From Rhizodiscina lignyota (taxonomy: Eukaryota): a DNA stretch of 64,000 bases. The notes below the pieces were generated by a model that was given only the letters and a program-made list of their open reading frames with translations, was not told where the DNA came from and ran no database searches. The stretch is taken from assembly GCA_010015805.1 (NCBI GenBank), contig ML978123.1, positions 1,984,001-2,048,000 of the forward strand, given 5' to 3'. A program made the translations under genes and the position numbers. Each line of letters begins with the position of its first letter. Positions within the stretch are counted from its first letter, which is position 1. Below, in pieces: positions 62,390 through 64,000 of the stretch.

Positions 62390-64000
62390 ATGGCGCATCC
62401 ACAGGCGCGCGAGCCTGCGGCTCCCTCGCACCTCGTCGAGCCTCTCGTTCCCGATATCGCGTCCTCAGCATACACACCTGGACTCATCGCGCGACTGTTG
62501 GAGGATGATCACTACCACGGCAAGAGGAAGAGGCCTCAACCTACCAAGAACGTACGCGTCGTACAGCCCATCTCAACGCATCACAATCATAGTGGCAGCG
62601 TCAATTCTCATGCCCCAATGTCGCCGATGGATACGCTCGCCGACACCGCGCTGGGCACCAGCCCGACATACGGACCCTTCGCACGTCGACCTTCGGAGGT
62701 GATCGCATCTTCCGCTCCGCCCAGTCAATGGTCGCATGGCAATGCGTATACATCTCTTCCAATGCCTAATACCTCTTCCCTTCCCTACAGCGAGCGACCA
62801 GCGAAGCGAGCACGCTCCGAAGCCCTACCGTCTCCGCACCAATATCAGACGCTCTCGCGACCCGCCACCAGTCACAACCCTTCCTTTGGTATACAACACA
62901 ATGTTGAGCAGGCCATTGATAATGGCCATAGGATAAGACAACCAAGTCAGACGGAGCTTGAGATTGGCGAATTCTTGACTTCGCTCGCGAGGACGAGATA
63001 TGAGGGTGGCCCCGCAACTCCTCAGGCCAGCCAGGTGACTCCCAGCGCTGCCTGGCAGGCATTTCATCAGGAAGCTTCGGTGTATACAAATGCATCCGCA
63101 CCAGTTCCCACGTATACTGCCCACGATGCCTTAGTGGACAGCCAGTTTGGAGCAAATTCGACGCATGTCTTTCAGCAGTACGACCACTCCCCGCTGAACA
63201 TGGATGACTTTGGAGCATTTGGTCCAGAGCATCCATCGAGCACCTTCCACGAGGAATCATCCGTTCGCACTGCTCAGACGCATACTCCCCCGGAGGAGAA
63301 ACTTCCTGCGCCTACACCCACGGAGATCATGCAGACAGACGCGCAGAAAACCAAAGCGAAACAGAAGAGCAAAGCTCCCAAGAGCCGCGCATCCACAAGT
63401 AGAAGACAAAGCAGGGTAGATAAACAGAAGGCAAGAATCTCACTGGAGCCACCACAGCAGCTGGAGTCCCCTCAGAGCCTGCTCGTCGACTATACTGAAG
63501 GACCAACCACTGAGAGTGGCCTTTTGTCAAGCGAAGTAACGACTGAGAACCAGGAGACCTTGGAACGACCTGTGGTTCAGAGGCGACGCTCTGTCTCCGA
63601 CTTACCCTCTTCACTGATGATCCCAGGCAGCACAGTCCGATCCGTTTCTGTGCCCCCCAACGGTGTGCTAGCAGAAATGGGGCTTCCTCTAGATATAGGT
63701 ATGGAATATAAGACCCCCAAACATCGAAAGGGTCGAAAGCTTCAGCAGACTACAGTGTGCGGATCTTGCAATTACTCACCGAACGCCGTCACTGGCGAGA
63801 TGGAATCGTGGCTACAGTGCAATGGATGCAAGAGTTGGTTCCACTACATCTGCGCCGGCTTCAAGAACGAACGTGAGGTGAGGACCGTGGACAAGTTTCA
63901 CTGCAAAGACTGCAAGCCGAAATTCGGCCCTACCACTCGTAAGAGCGCCTCTACGCGTAATGCCTTTATGTTTGCTAACGTCATCAAGGTGTCCGACAAT
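62390..64000 (+). CDS. JHD1: PHD-finger protein, probably JmjC histone H3K36 demethylase Jhd1/KDM2 (N-terminal part; runs off the window); intron 63939-63988; absent from the ORF track
   Basis: Open frame from ATG 62390 with ERPAKRARSE and the PHD finger CGSC...SWLQCNGCKSWFHYICAGFKNEREVRTVDKFHCKDCKPKFGPTT. The JmjC domain itself is not in the window. Confidence 0.8.
   Translation, partial: MAHPQAREPAAPSHLVEPLVPDIASSAYTPGLIARLLEDDHYHGKRKRPQPTKNVRVVQPISTHHNHSGSVNSHAPMSPMDTLADTALGTSPTYGPFARRPSEVIASSAPPSQWSHGNAYTSLPMPNTSSLPYSERPAKRARSEALPSPHQYQTLSRPATSHNPSFGIQHNVEQAIDNGHRIRQPSQTELEIGEFLTSLARTRYEGGPATPQASQVTPSAAWQAFHQEASVYTNASAPVPTYTAHDALVDSQFGANSTHVFQQYDHSPLNMDDFGAFGPEHPSSTFHEESSVRTAQTHTPPEEKLPAPTPTEIMQTDAQKTKAKQKSKAPKSRASTSRRQSRVDKQKARISLEPPQQLESPQSLLVDYTEGPTTESGLLSSEVTTENQETLERPVVQRRRSVSDLPSSLMIPGSTVRSVSVPPNGVLAEMGLPLDIGMEYKTPKHRKGRKLQQTTVCGSCNYSPNAVTGEMESWLQCNGCKSWFHYICAGFKNEREVRTVDKFHCKDCKPKFGPTTRKSASTRNAFMFANVIKVSDN

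Noticed and set aside
1..64000. Transposons, RIP-degraded repeats, tRNA/rRNA genes, CRISPR arrays and prokaryotic-type systems
   Set aside because: No transposase or RT motifs, terminal repeats, AT-rich RIP blocks, cloverleaf or repeat-spacer arrays seen by eye. tRNAscan-SE and Infernal were not run.

Overview
Gene-dense eukaryotic DNA from a filamentous ascomycete (Pezizomycotina, Dothideomycete-like by inference). Introns are short GT-AG type with CTRAC-like branch sites. About 23 mostly housekeeping genes can be assembled by manual splicing: MOT1 (5'-truncated), an alpha/beta hydrolase, an arrestin-like protein, a bZIP factor, STM1, a secreted Thr-rich repeat protein, TPT1, a TBC Rab-GAP, STB3, TOP3, a DUF1295 protein, HUT1, a KH-domain RNA-binding protein, a Zn-dependent dehydrogenase, yippee/MOH1, a TPR-DnaJ protein, an EXPERA/EBP-like protein, BST1, IRC3, WEE1/SWE1, VAC7, SF3b p14 and JHD1 (3'-truncated). 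I see no transposon, rRNA, tRNA, CRISPR array or secondary-metabolite cluster. The most unusual element is the secreted gene at 15158-16437, which the ORF track does not show intact. Once spliced it encodes signal peptide, Cys-rich domain, several Kex2-type KR|Q sites, 13-aa tandem repeats and a C-terminal cystine-knot (knottin) motif. Other oddities are long stop-free in-frame introns in the adjacent WEE1 and VAC7 genes, a GC-AG intron in the bZIP gene, a splice-dependent uORF/fusion switch in the arrestin leader, and RGG boxes in Top3 and Tpt1. All gene identities come from motif recognition only; no database search was run.
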